Assembly: GCA_041658665.1 (NCBI GenBank)
Contig: JBAZZR010000002.1
Location: forward strand, 137,147-201,146
From: Patescibacteria group bacterium
GTDB lineage: Bacteria > Patescibacteriota > Patescibacteriia > Patescibacteriales > UBA12465
Direction: 5' to 3'
Length of the DNA: 64,000 nt
Shown here: positions 54,288 to 63,262 of the stretch, piece by piece
Numbering within the stretch: position 1 is the first letter of the stretch
How the letters are laid out: each line of letters starts with the position of its first letter
Notes under the pieces: model-generated
The model's input: the letters and a program-made list of their open reading frames with translations, nothing else
Database searches by the model: none
Told to the model about the DNA's origin: nothing
Made by a program: the position numbers and the translations under genes

Positions 54288-56819
54288 CTAAACCCAAGTA
54301 ACTCCTGCGACCTTATCGCCCTCATCTTTAAAACGCATTATCTTAACACCTTGTGTATCACGGCCTAAGACGCTAACGGACTTAAACGGCGTCCTAATAA
54401 CCTGTCCTTGTTCAGAAATGATAATAATGTCGCGATCAATCATATTATCAGCGTTAACTAAGAAAGCGTTGGTAATGTCTCCGGTCTTAGTCGTAACTTT
54501 AGCGGTCTTAATGCCGCTACCGCCGCGCCCCTGGATCTTATAGGCGTTAAAATCCGTGCGCTTGCCAAAACCGTGTGCCATAATAGTCAAAATTTGATAA
54601 TTTCTTTTTCTCTCTTTATCGGTTTTAGCAATACCCATACCAATAACTAAATCGTCTTTATGCAGCCTAATGCCATGAACACCAGCCGCACCGCGCCCCA
54701 TATCTCTCACATCCGTTTCTTTAAATCTAATTGCTTGACCTTTGGCGGTTACGAGCTGAATATGATCGCTGCCGGAAGTCGGCTTGACCCAAATTAATTT
54801 ATCATCATCTTTAATTTTAATAGCAATTAAGCCACTGCGCCGGACATTAGAAAAAGCACTTAACTCTACTTTTTTGACCAAACCCTTAGCCGTTGCAAAA
54901 AACAAATATTTACTAAAAATGGCTTTATCCAAAGGTAAAATAGAAGAAATTTGTTCACCCCCGATTAATTGTAAAAAATTCACAACCGGCGTCCCTTTAG
55001 CGATTCGGGAAGCTTGAGGAATTTCATAAACTTTTAACTGGAATACTCGCCCTTTAGTGGTAAAGAAAAGAACATCATTATGCGTCTGCGAAGAAAACAT
55101 AAATTCGACCATATCTTCTTCCTTCGTAGTCAACCCCATAACCCCTTTCCCGCCGCGGGCTTGAACTTTAAACGTATCCGGCTCTAATCTTTTAATATAA
55201 CCGTCCCGAGTCATCATCACTACTGTTTCTTCATTCGGAACTAAGTCCTCCATACTGAATTCTTTAATCCCATGAACAACAACCTGTGTACGACGCTCAT
55301 CGCCGAATTTATCGGCCAAAGCCTTTAATTCGTCCCGGACAATACCACGAATCCTCACTACTGATTTAAGAATCGTTTCTAATTCTTTAATTAATTTTAA
55401 CTTTTCTTTTAGTTCTTCTTCAATTCTTAATTGTTCTAAATTAGCTAAATTCTGCAGCCGCATTTCTAAAATTGCGACCGCTTGCCGATCTGACAATTTA
55501 AATTTTTTAATCAAATTAAGCTTAGCCACTTCTTTATCTTTAGAGGCTTTAATCGTCTTAATAACTTCATCAATATGCTTTAAAGCGATCATTAGACCTT
55601 CTAAAATATGGGCGCGGTCTTTGGCTTTATTTAAATCAAACTGCGTTCGCCGCCGAACTACTTCGGCTCGATGTTTAATGTACTCCTCTAAAATCATTTT
55701 CAACGTCAAAACCTTTGGTTGAATACCGTCAACCAAAGCGAGCATATTCAAATGAAAGGTTGTTTGTAAAGAAGTATGCTTATATAAACTATTTAAAATC
55801 TTTTTAGGATAAGCATCTTTTTTAATCTCAATCACAATCCGCACGCCATCTTTGTCTGATTCATCGCGCAGAGCTTTAATTCCTTCGACTTTTTTATCTT
55901 TAACTAAGTCGGCAATCTTTTCCACTAAATCCGCCTTATTAACCTGGTAGGGAATTTCTGAAATAATAATTCGGAAACCACCACTTTTTTCTTCTTCAAT
56001 TTCAGCCTGACCGCGGACAACAATTCCTCCTTTACCCGTCGCATAAGCGGCTAAAATTTCCTTATGATCATAAATTATCCCTCCCGTCGGGAAATCTGGT
56101 CCCTTAACAAATTGCATTAAATCTTCGATACTAGCCTCGGGATTAGTAATTAAATGATCAATCGCGGCCGCCAGTTCCTTTAAATTATGGGGCGGAATAT
56201 TAGTAGACATCCCGACGGCGATTCCCATGGTCCCATTTAATAATAAATTTGGTAATTTAGAGGGTAACAGACTCGGCTCTTGATGACTGCCGTCATAATT
56301 CGGAATAAAATTAACCGTATCTTTATCAATATCAAAAAGCATTTCTTCGGCCACGGCTGATAATTTCGCTTCCGTATAACGCATCGCGGCTGCGTTATCG
56401 CCATCCATAGAACCAAAATTTCCTTGACCGCGAACCAGAGGATAACGCATCGAAAAATCTTGTGCCATTCGTACCATCGAATCGTAAACCGCGCTATCGC
56501 CATGCGGATGGTATTTACCAAGAACTTCACCGACGACCGTCGCTGATTTACGGAATTTAGCGTTAGCCTTCAAACCGATATTCCACATCGCGTAAAGAAT
56601 ACGACGATGAACGGGCTTTAAACCATCGCGAACATCTGGTAAGGCACGCGAAACAATAACGCTCATGGCATATTCTAAGTAGGACTTGCTCATCTCATCA
56701 TAAATCGGCTGTTCTTCAACTAATCCGTAAGCGGTTTTTTTCCGCAAATTAGTAGTAATCGTCGATTCTGATTCTTGCTTACCAGACTTTTCTTTATTAT
56801 CTTTTATTGATTGGGGCAT
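54288..56819 (-). CDS. gyrA: DNA gyrase subunit A
   Basis: Start taken at MPQSIKD (cat at 56817-56819; the longer ORF to 56921 overlaps the upstream gene). [39 protein letters not shown] (catalytic Tyr), beta-pinwheel C-terminal domain. No gyrB lies adjacent. Confidence 0.95.
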   Translation of the reverse strand: MPQSIKDNKEKSGKQESESTITTNLRKKTAYGLVEEQPIYDEMSKSYLEYAMSVIVSRALPDVRDGLKPVHRRILYAMWNIGLKANAKFRKSATVVGEVLGKYHPHGDSAVYDSMVRMAQDFSMRYPLVRGQGNFGSMDGDNAAAMRYTEAKLSAVAEEMLFDIDKDTVNFIPNYDGSHQEPSLLPSKLPNLLLNGTMGIAVGMSTNIPPHNLKELAAAIDHLITNPEASIEDLMQFVKGPDFPTGGIIYDHKEILAAYATGKGGIVVRGQAEIEEEKSGGFRIIISEIPYQVNKADLVEKIADLVKDKKVEGIKALRDESDKDGVRIVIEIKKDAYPKKILNSLYKHTSLQTTFHLNMLALVDGIQPKVLTLKMILEEYIKHRAEVVRRRTQFDLNKAKDRAHILEGLMIALKHIDEVIKTIKASKDKEVAKLNLIKKFKLSDRQAVAILEMRLQNLANLEQLRIEEELKEKLKLIKELETILKSVVRIRGIVRDELKALADKFGDERRTQVVVHGIKEFSMEDLVPNEETVVMMTRDGYIKRLEPDTFKVQARGGKGVMGLTTKEEDMVEFMFSSQTHNDVLFFTTKGRVFQLKVYEIPQASRIAKGTPVVNFLQLIGGEQISSILPLDKAIFSKYLFFATAKGLVKKVELSAFSNVRRSGLIAIKIKDDDKLIWVKPTSGSDHIQLVTAKGQAIRFKETDVRDMGRGAAGVHGIRLHKDDLVIGMGIAKTDKERKRNYQILTIMAHGFGKRTDFNAYKIQGRGGSGIKTAKVTTKTGDITNAFLVNADNMIDRDIIIISEQGQVIRTPFKSVSVLGRDTQGVKIMRFKDEGDKVAGVTWV

Positions 56820-56872
56820 AAAAATTAAACAAAAAACTAATAGTGTAAATACTAACCAAAAGATAAAATTAT

Positions 56873-57379
56873 TTAATAGGCAATAACTGTGATCCCCTCG
56901 CAACCGACCGGAATCTGACAAGGGCGGCTGAAACCGATAGTCGGCATACAGTTAATATAGGTCGGACAATTCTGTTTCTTATTAACTAGAGAACTGCTGG
57001 CCGGCTTAATCCCGTCGCTAGAAGAAGCTAGGGGCGGTAAATTCGACTTAGTAGTCGAGGGGACTAATTTATTTGTTTCTTGTAATAAATTCGCTAAAAG
57101 TTGTTTTCCGGCTAAATTATTTTTAACGGTATTATTCTCAATATTTCTATTTTTTTCTAATATTTTCAGTTGATCGGCGACGCCATTTAAAGTATCACTT
57201 AAACTATTCCTCAAATTAGCCCATTCTTGATTTTTCGATGTTCCGGCCGCGCCCTCTCGATAATCATTAGCCAACCATAAATTTTTTAAATTAAAACACC
57301 AAATAATCAACAGGCTAAAGATAAATAAAGCCCCGATAATTTTCAAAACCATTACTTTAACCTGGCGTTTCTCAGCCAT
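56873..57379 (-). CDS. Membrane-anchored hypothetical protein with a Cys-rich C-terminal tail
   Basis: 168 aa. TM helix [19 protein letters not shown], a coiled segment, and the tail [25 protein letters not shown]. Confidence 0.5.
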   Translation of the reverse strand: MAEKRQVKVMVLKIIGALFIFSLLIIWCFNLKNLWLANDYREGAAGTSKNQEWANLRNSLSDTLNGVADQLKILEKNRNIENNTVKNNLAGKQLLANLLQETNKLVPSTTKSNLPPLASSSDGIKPASSSLVNKKQNCPTYINCMPTIGFSRPCQIPVGCEGITVIAY

Positions 57380-57382
57380 AAT

Positions 57383-57985
57383 TTATTCTTTAATCCCATC
57401 TAAATTAACATCATAAAGAATTTGCTCGACTATTAAACGATACTGTAAAATTTCATTCTGACCAAACCAAATTGGTATTTCTCGCTCTGCATCCGCCACT
57501 GGGTCGGAGCAATGGACTAAATTACGGACGGCTCGATCATCAATACTAGATAACTCATAAGAATCGAGGGTGTAATCACCACGAACAGTCCCGCCGTCTG
57601 AAGTTAGGGGTTCGGTTGAGCCCACTAATTTTTTCACAATGCCAACGGCCTGGTTGCCCTCCCAAATCATCGGAATAATCGGCCCGCAACTCATAAACTT
57701 AACCAAGGCCCGAATAATATCCTTACCATATTCAATCGCTTCTTTTTCGATCGGCAAAGCCGCCGCTCGTCTCTCCTCAATAGTTCTCTCCCCCTTCTTT
57801 TTAAACCATTCTTCATTCTTATCGTAGTGTTTCCAAAGTTGTTCCTCAGTCGCAAAGATAAGTTTAAGCGCCACTAATTTCAAACCGGTATTCTCTATTC
57901 GTTTAATAATCTCTCCCACTAAACCGCGTTGAACCGCGTCTGGCTTAAGAATTACGAAAGTTCTCTCTTTTTTAGGATTAATCAT
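57383..57985 (-). CDS. ndk: Nucleoside diphosphate kinase, long variant
   Basis: RTFVILKPDAVQRGLVGEII and NLVHCSD (catalytic His). 200 aa, with a ~45-aa insertion relative to the usual ~140-150 aa. Confidence 0.85.
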   Translation of the reverse strand: MINPKKERTFVILKPDAVQRGLVGEIIKRIENTGLKLVALKLIFATEEQLWKHYDKNEEWFKKKGERTIEERRAAALPIEKEAIEYGKDIIRALVKFMSCGPIIPMIWEGNQAVGIVKKLVGSTEPLTSDGGTVRGDYTLDSYELSSIDDRAVRNLVHCSDPVADAEREIPIWFGQNEILQYRLIVEQILYDVNLDGIKE

Positions 57986-58008
57986 AATTTCTATAAATTA
58001 AATAATTT

Positions 58009-58653
58009 TTACAGGCTTAAAATTACTAGCTCCATATCTTCGCTCGGCAAATCTTTTTTGGATATTTTTAGCTTCTCTTCATAACTCGGTGTTAAACCAA
58101 TCTCTTTAATAAACCGCTCTATTCCTTCAATATCTATTTTCAAATCCTTAGTCTTATAATGCATCGGGATAACTATGCGCGGCTCAATTTGAGAAATAAC
58201 TTCGACAGCCTTCTTAGCATCTAAAGTATATTTTCCGCCAACCGGAATAAGTAAGATATCCGTTCCCGCTAGTTTTTCCAGCTGAGCGTTATCAAGCGCT
58301 TGCCCTAAATCGCCTAGATGAGTAACAGAAATATCATCAATTTCAATACGATAAATTATATTAGCTCCTCTTTCCGCGCCATTTTTATCATCATGATAAG
58401 AATCAATCCCCTCAACCAAGACTCCTTTAAAATCATATTCACCGGCACAATCAATAATAAAGGGCTCGCCGCGTAAAGCCGCCACATTATTATGATCATG
58501 ATGCGCGTGAGAGACTGTAATAATATCCGTCTCGAAATTAGGAACCTTTAAACCAATTTCCTTGCTAAAAGGGTCAGTAGTAACCGTTACTCCGTCCGAA
58601 CCAATCTTGTCCTGAATTTTAAAGCAGGAATGTCCTTGCCAAGTAATAATCAT
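58009..58653 (-). CDS. Metallo-beta-lactamase-fold hydrolase (UPF0173-like)
   Basis: MIITWQGHSCF start, VSHAHHDH metal motif, ~214 aa. Confidence 0.85.
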   Translation of the reverse strand: MIITWQGHSCFKIQDKIGSDGVTVTTDPFSKEIGLKVPNFETDIITVSHAHHDHNNVAALRGEPFIIDCAGEYDFKGVLVEGIDSYHDDKNGAERGANIIYRIEIDDISVTHLGDLGQALDNAQLEKLAGTDILLIPVGGKYTLDAKKAVEVISQIEPRIVIPMHYKTKDLKIDIEGIERFIKEIGLTPSYEEKLKISKKDLPSEDMELVILSL

Positions 58654-58770
58654 ATAGCTAAAACAATAAAAATAGGTCTAATAACCTATTTTTAGTATAA
58701 CAAATAAATCAGTAGCGGTCAAACTAAAAACAACTAAAAATTACCTTAAAAATAGACAAAATACCTAGTA

Positions 58771-59649
58771 TTAATGAACCTTTAAAGGCGGAATTATAAG
58801 CTGAATACTCCCGGCTTGATCCGTTCTCTTAACGTTAATCCCTAATTGAGCCGCCCGAACCAAAAGGTCGGAATCAGGATGTCTAAATTTATTGTCAGCA
58901 CCAACAGAAATAATTAACCAAGCAGGTCGAACAACCTCTAAAAATCTAAAACTATTAGCACTTTTAGAGCCATGATGCGAGGCTTTTAAAATATTGGCTG
59001 TTAAATTAAGACTCGAAGCTAAAAGAGCTTGCTCAACTTGACTACTATTATCACCAGCCAATAAAAATTTCTGTCCTTGGCAATTTAAATTGGCTATTAA
59101 AGAATTATTCTCATTTTTTTTCACCCCCAGGACTCGGGGATTCAATAAATCTAGACTACAAGCGGCTGAAAAAAATAATTGCTGGCGACTCGTTAAAATC
59201 GTCGTCGGTATATCCTGAGCCTTAATAACGGCTAAAAGCTCCTCTAAAACGGGCGACCGGTAATCACTAGGAGCGTAAATTAAATGTTTAACTTTATACC
59301 TACGAATAATTTCAATCAAACCGGTAATGTGATCATCATGATAATGACTAAAAATTAGATAATCAAGCTGCCGGCGATAAAAAGGTAAAAAATCGCCCAA
59401 ACGCCGGAGAATTTTATTATCCGGCCCGCCATCAATTAAAATAATTCGGTCGGTCGGAGTTTTTATTAAAACAGAATCGCCTTGTCCGACATCTAAGAAA
59501 GTAACTGCCAAAGAACCGGCGGCGCTCGCTAAAATAAAAATTAAGGAAAACAAAACTAACGATAATGACAAAATACCACAAAAAATCAAAAAATACTTAA
59601 AAAATGATTTCTTAACTCCCGCTCGTAATTTTTGAATAATTAATAGCAT
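58771..59649 (-). CDS. ComEC/Rec2-type metallo-beta-lactamase domain protein (stand-alone, single TM anchor)
   Basis: FLDVGQGDSVLI, HYHDDHITG, LLAGDN and KASHHGS match the C-terminal domain of ComEC. The competence channel and OB domains are absent. Confidence 0.8.
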   Translation of the reverse strand: MLLIIQKLRAGVKKSFFKYFLIFCGILSLSLVLFSLIFILASAAGSLAVTFLDVGQGDSVLIKTPTDRIILIDGGPDNKILRRLGDFLPFYRRQLDYLIFSHYHDDHITGLIEIIRRYKVKHLIYAPSDYRSPVLEELLAVIKAQDIPTTILTSRQQLFFSAACSLDLLNPRVLGVKKNENNSLIANLNCQGQKFLLAGDNSSQVEQALLASSLNLTANILKASHHGSKSANSFRFLEVVRPAWLIISVGADNKFRHPDSDLLVRAAQLGINVKRTDQAGSIQLIIPPLKVH

Positions 59650-59749
59650 CCTCTCATTATAAAAAAAGAGAAATTAAAAAAATATAAAATAAAAATCACC
59701 TAAGAATAAATTTCGATCAATCATCTCATCATTAATTAGCAACCCCTTA

Positions 59750-59778
59750 CAAAAACCGCCCTGATTCCGCAGGACGGT
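59750..59778 (-). terminator. Terminator after the lysine-rich micro-ORF
   Basis: 9-bp stem ACCGTCCTG/CAGGGCGGT (one G-U) with a 6-nt loop, followed by TTTTT on the minus strand. Confidence 0.6.
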
Positions 59779-59837
59779 TTCTGTATAATTTTCAAATCAA
59801 ACAAATCTATTAATTAGTAATTAATAAATTTTAAAAA

Positions 59838-59957
59838 CTATTTTCTTTTTTTAGTCGCTTTTTTAGCTGCTTTCTTAACTACCTTTTTTACTACTTTTTT
59901 AGCAACTCTCTTTTTAGCCACTTTTTTCACCACTTTTTTAGCCGCTTTCTTTTTCAT
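59838..59957 (-). CDS. Uncalled 39-aa lysine-rich (xxKK)n micro-protein
   Basis: My translation: MKKKAAKKVVKKVAKKRVAKKVVKKVVKKAAKKATKKRK*. GGAGGTGA lies 4 nt before the ATG (GGAGG 7 nt before). A dedicated terminator follows downstream. The ORF is below the track size cut-off. Confidence 0.55.
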   Translation of the reverse strand: MKKKAAKKVVKKVAKKRVAKKVVKKVVKKAAKKATKKRK

Positions 59958-60063
59958 AATATCACCTCCCCTCTTAAATAAATAAAAATTAAAATTAAAA
60001 TATCCTAACTAAGTTAATTATATAACTAATTAAAATAAGTAGCAATAGTTTTTTCAAAAAAAA

Positions 60064-60097
60064 TAAAAAAATCCTCGCTTGATTCCAAAAGCGAGGA
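60064..60097 (-). terminator. Terminator after glyQS
   Basis: 9-bp stem TCCTCGCTT/AAGCGAGGA with an 8-nt loop, followed by a T7 run on the minus strand. It lies ~63 nt after the stop at 60160. Confidence 0.65.
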
Positions 60098-60159
60098 AAT
60101 TTTATTTTTGAAACTCGCGCCAAGACATTACCGACAAAAAATTTAAATGATTTAATAAT

Positions 60160-61554
60160 TTAAATCTGCGCCGCTAAAAATTTGGGCAATTCTTCAATAT
60201 TAATACGTTCCTGTTTCATGGTATCCCGGTCGCGAACGGTCACTTCATTATTTTCTAAGGTATCAAAATCAATAGTCACACAATAGGGAGTACCGATTTC
60301 ATCTTGCCGCCGATAACGCTTACCAATATTTCCGTTATCATCAAATTCACAACGCCAATTTAATTTTAATTCATTAAAGACAGCGCGCGCCTTAGCGACT
60401 AATTCCGGTTTATTTTTTAATAAAGGAAAAACTGCTACTTTAATCGGCGCTAAGCTTGGCTTTAATTTTAAGACTATTCTGACTTCTCCCTCTAAATCTT
60501 CCTCCTGGTACGCTTCGCTTAAAACCGCTAAAAAAGTTCGACCCACACCGGCCGAAGTTTCGACCACATGAGGGATGAATTTCTGATTCGTGGCGGGGTC
60601 GAGATAATTTAATTCTTGTCCCGAATATTTACTATGTTGCGTTAAATCATAATTACCCCGAGCGTGTATTCCTTCTAGTTCTTTAAAACCAAAAGGAAAA
60701 TTATATTCAATATCATAAGCCTCTTTAGCATAAAAAACCAAATTTTCATGCTTGTGCCATTTTAAATTACTAGAATCAATCCCTAAATCAAGATAAAACT
60801 GAAAACGAATCTGACGCCACTCTTCATAATACTTCAAGTCATCGCCTGGTTTCACAAAATATTGCATTTCCATCTGTTCGAATTCCCGGGTACGAAAAAT
60901 AAATTGTCGGGCAGTAATTTCATTACGAAAAGCTTTACCAATCTGAGCGATACCAAAAGGGATTTTTACTCTAGCCGTGTCGACGACATTTTTAAAATTA
61001 ACATAAATACCCTGGCAAGTCTCACCGCGCAAATAAACCGGTTCTTTACTCCAGTCCCCCGTAAAATTTCCTAAGTTGGACTGAACCAATAAATTAAATT
61101 TTCGACCCGGCGTAAAATCCGATCCACCACAGCTTGGACATTTTATTTTTTCTTTATTGGTATTAAAAATTTGATTAATTTCCTCGACGCTCATTTTCTC
61201 ATCGGCAAAAATCCCCGCTTCTTCTAGCATCGCGTCGAGACGTAGACGAGTATGACATTTCTTACATTCTGTTAATGGATCAGAAAATCCGGTCACGTGA
61301 CCAGACGCTTCCCAGATTTTCGGGCTCATAAAAATCGCCGAATCTAAACCAACGATATCGTCGCGCAATTGCGTCATCGCTTTCCACCACTCCTTCTTGA
61401 TATTATTAGCTAACTCGACACCATAAGGACCGAAATCGTAAACAGCGGCAAATCCTTCATAAATTTCGGAAGACGGAAAAATAAAACCACGCCTTTTTGT
61501 TAAAGATATTATTTTATCCATTTTATCTAGAACTTTTTTATTCATATTTTTCAT
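60160..61554 (-). CDS. glyQS: Glycyl-tRNA synthetase (homodimeric class II type)
   Basis: RRGFIFPSSEIYEGF, FRNEITARQFIFRTREFEQMEMQYF (motif 2), ETSAGVGRT (motif 3), C-terminal anticodon-binding domain. Confidence 0.95.
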   Translation of the reverse strand: MKNMNKKVLDKMDKIISLTKRRGFIFPSSEIYEGFAAVYDFGPYGVELANNIKKEWWKAMTQLRDDIVGLDSAIFMSPKIWEASGHVTGFSDPLTECKKCHTRLRLDAMLEEAGIFADEKMSVEEINQIFNTNKEKIKCPSCGGSDFTPGRKFNLLVQSNLGNFTGDWSKEPVYLRGETCQGIYVNFKNVVDTARVKIPFGIAQIGKAFRNEITARQFIFRTREFEQMEMQYFVKPGDDLKYYEEWRQIRFQFYLDLGIDSSNLKWHKHENLVFYAKEAYDIEYNFPFGFKELEGIHARGNYDLTQHSKYSGQELNYLDPATNQKFIPHVVETSAGVGRTFLAVLSEAYQEEDLEGEVRIVLKLKPSLAPIKVAVFPLLKNKPELVAKARAVFNELKLNWRCEFDDNGNIGKRYRRQDEIGTPYCVTIDFDTLENNEVTVRDRDTMKQERINIEELPKFLAAQI

Positions 61555-61557
61555 CTT

Positions 61558-63255
61558 TTACATTTCCTCAGAAATTTTTAAACCTAAAATTTTATAACCA
61601 TTAAACAAAACCTGACTGACCGATCTAATTAAAGATAGCCGGGTTACCTGTAAAACCGCCGTCGATTTTAAAATATTAACCCGATGATAATAATCATTAG
61701 AGAGCTGGGCTAATTCAAATAAATATTTAGCTAATTCGCTCGGATCATATTTCTGAGTCGTCTCTTTAATTAATTCCGGATATTTAGCGATCTTTAACAA
61801 TAACGCTTTTTCTGACGGTTCCGATAATAATTTTAAATCAACCCGCCTAAAAAATCGGCTAAGACCGGCTTTCCTTATAATACTCTTAAGTCTAGCGTAG
61901 GTATACTGTAAATAACAAGCGGTGTAACCGTCAAAACGCAAGGCCTCTTCAATATTAAAAGTAATCGTTTTAGCCGCCCCGACTTTAAGCATCTCGAATT
62001 TAATAATCGAAACACTGAGGTTTCCCACTACTTTAAGCAAACGATACTCGCTCCAACGGGGGTGACGTTTCTTAGTTTCGATTAATAATTTATCAACAAT
62101 TTTATTTTTTAACTCATCATAAGTTATAATATTCCCGGTTCGTGATGACATCATGCCGCCAGGCAAAGTGACAAAGTCATAGGATAAATGAGAAACCGCC
62201 GGCTGATAACCCGTCAACTCTAAAATTTTAAATAACTGCTTAAAATAGAGACTCTGTCGCACATCAATGACATAAATCGACTCATCTAAATGGTATTTTT
62301 TAAATTTTTCTGATGCTAAGGCTAAATCGCCGACCGGATAAAGAGCCGTCCCGTCGGATCGGATAATTGGTAGAACACCTAAATCATATTTTTCCAGATT
62401 AGCAATAATCGCCCCCTCGCTCTTAACTAAGACTCCCGTCTGAAATAATTCTTCGGCTAATTTTAATCCCGCGCTAATCACTTCACTCTCGTAAAAAATA
62501 TGATCAAATTTAATATCAAGTTCTCGATAAATAGAAGCGAAATAATCGATGCTCCACTGTCTAGAAATTTGCCAAAATTTATAATTGTTCCCTTGGCGGC
62601 TCTCAATCTCTTTCATTATCGCCGTCACGGCTTTTTTCCCTTCCGGATTATCGGCTAAGAGCTGGCTGGCCTTAGCATAGCAATGGCCTAAAAGATATCC
62701 TTTAGCTTCAGGACGTTCATCAAAAACAGGATTGTGCTGCCAATGCCAAATTGTTTTGGCAACATGAATACCGAAATCATTAACATAGGATACCGGAATA
62801 GTTACGTAACCACTGGCCTGAAGCAGTTTAACCACGCTATCGCCGTAAGAAATATTACGCAAATGTCCAACATGATACTCTTTATGTGTATTGCCATTAG
62901 AATATTCAACCATCACGCGTCGGTGACGACCCACTTGATTAAAACCATAATTCTCTCGCTGCGCTCTAATTTCTGAAATAACGGCGGCGGCTAAATAAAC
63001 GGGAGAAATAAAAAAATTTAAATAAGGACCAACTGCTTTAATATCTAAAAAATAAAAATTAAGGTTTGAATTATTTTTTAAATCATGAGCTAAACGCGTC
63101 GCTAACTCCGTCGGCTTAGTGTCTCGACTCTTCGCTAGTTCAAAACAAGCTAAACTTAAATCTCCTAAAGCAATATTAGGCGGATAAGAAAAATTCGCTC
63201 GCTCGAGCTCTAAAGCCGTGACTATTTTTAATTTTAAATCATCTAAAAAATACAT
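61558..63255 (-). CDS. argS: Arginyl-tRNA synthetase
   Basis: HVGHLRN (HIGH), MSSRTG (KMSKS-equivalent), DALR-type C-terminal domain. Start taken at MYFLDDLK (63255); the longer ORF to 63285 would overlap tyrS. Confidence 0.92.
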   Translation of the reverse strand: MYFLDDLKLKIVTALELERANFSYPPNIALGDLSLACFELAKSRDTKPTELATRLAHDLKNNSNLNFYFLDIKAVGPYLNFFISPVYLAAAVISEIRAQRENYGFNQVGRHRRVMVEYSNGNTHKEYHVGHLRNISYGDSVVKLLQASGYVTIPVSYVNDFGIHVAKTIWHWQHNPVFDERPEAKGYLLGHCYAKASQLLADNPEGKKAVTAIMKEIESRQGNNYKFWQISRQWSIDYFASIYRELDIKFDHIFYESEVISAGLKLAEELFQTGVLVKSEGAIIANLEKYDLGVLPIIRSDGTALYPVGDLALASEKFKKYHLDESIYVIDVRQSLYFKQLFKILELTGYQPAVSHLSYDFVTLPGGMMSSRTGNIITYDELKNKIVDKLLIETKKRHPRWSEYRLLKVVGNLSVSIIKFEMLKVGAAKTITFNIEEALRFDGYTACYLQYTYARLKSIIRKAGLSRFFRRVDLKLLSEPSEKALLLKIAKYPELIKETTQKYDPSELAKYLFELAQLSNDYYHRVNILKSTAVLQVTRLSLIRSVSQVLFNGYKILGLKISEEM

Positions 63256-63262
63256 AGTAAAT

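Noticed and set aside
58671-58690. AATAGGT/ACCTATT hairpin as a terminator between the ComEC-MBL gene and the MBL hydrolase gene
   Set aside because: The 7-bp AT-rich stem lies ~80 nt from the stop. It is too weak to distinguish from chance in AT-rich DNA.
59838-59957. The periodic AAAAAAGT(A/G)G-type DNA repeats as a CRISPR or tandem-repeat array
   Set aside because: The period is only ~12 nt with no spacers. The region is an open frame with an SD, an ATG, a stop and a terminator, so it is reported as a micro-ORF instead. No CRISPR-like repeat-spacer structure was seen anywhere in the window.
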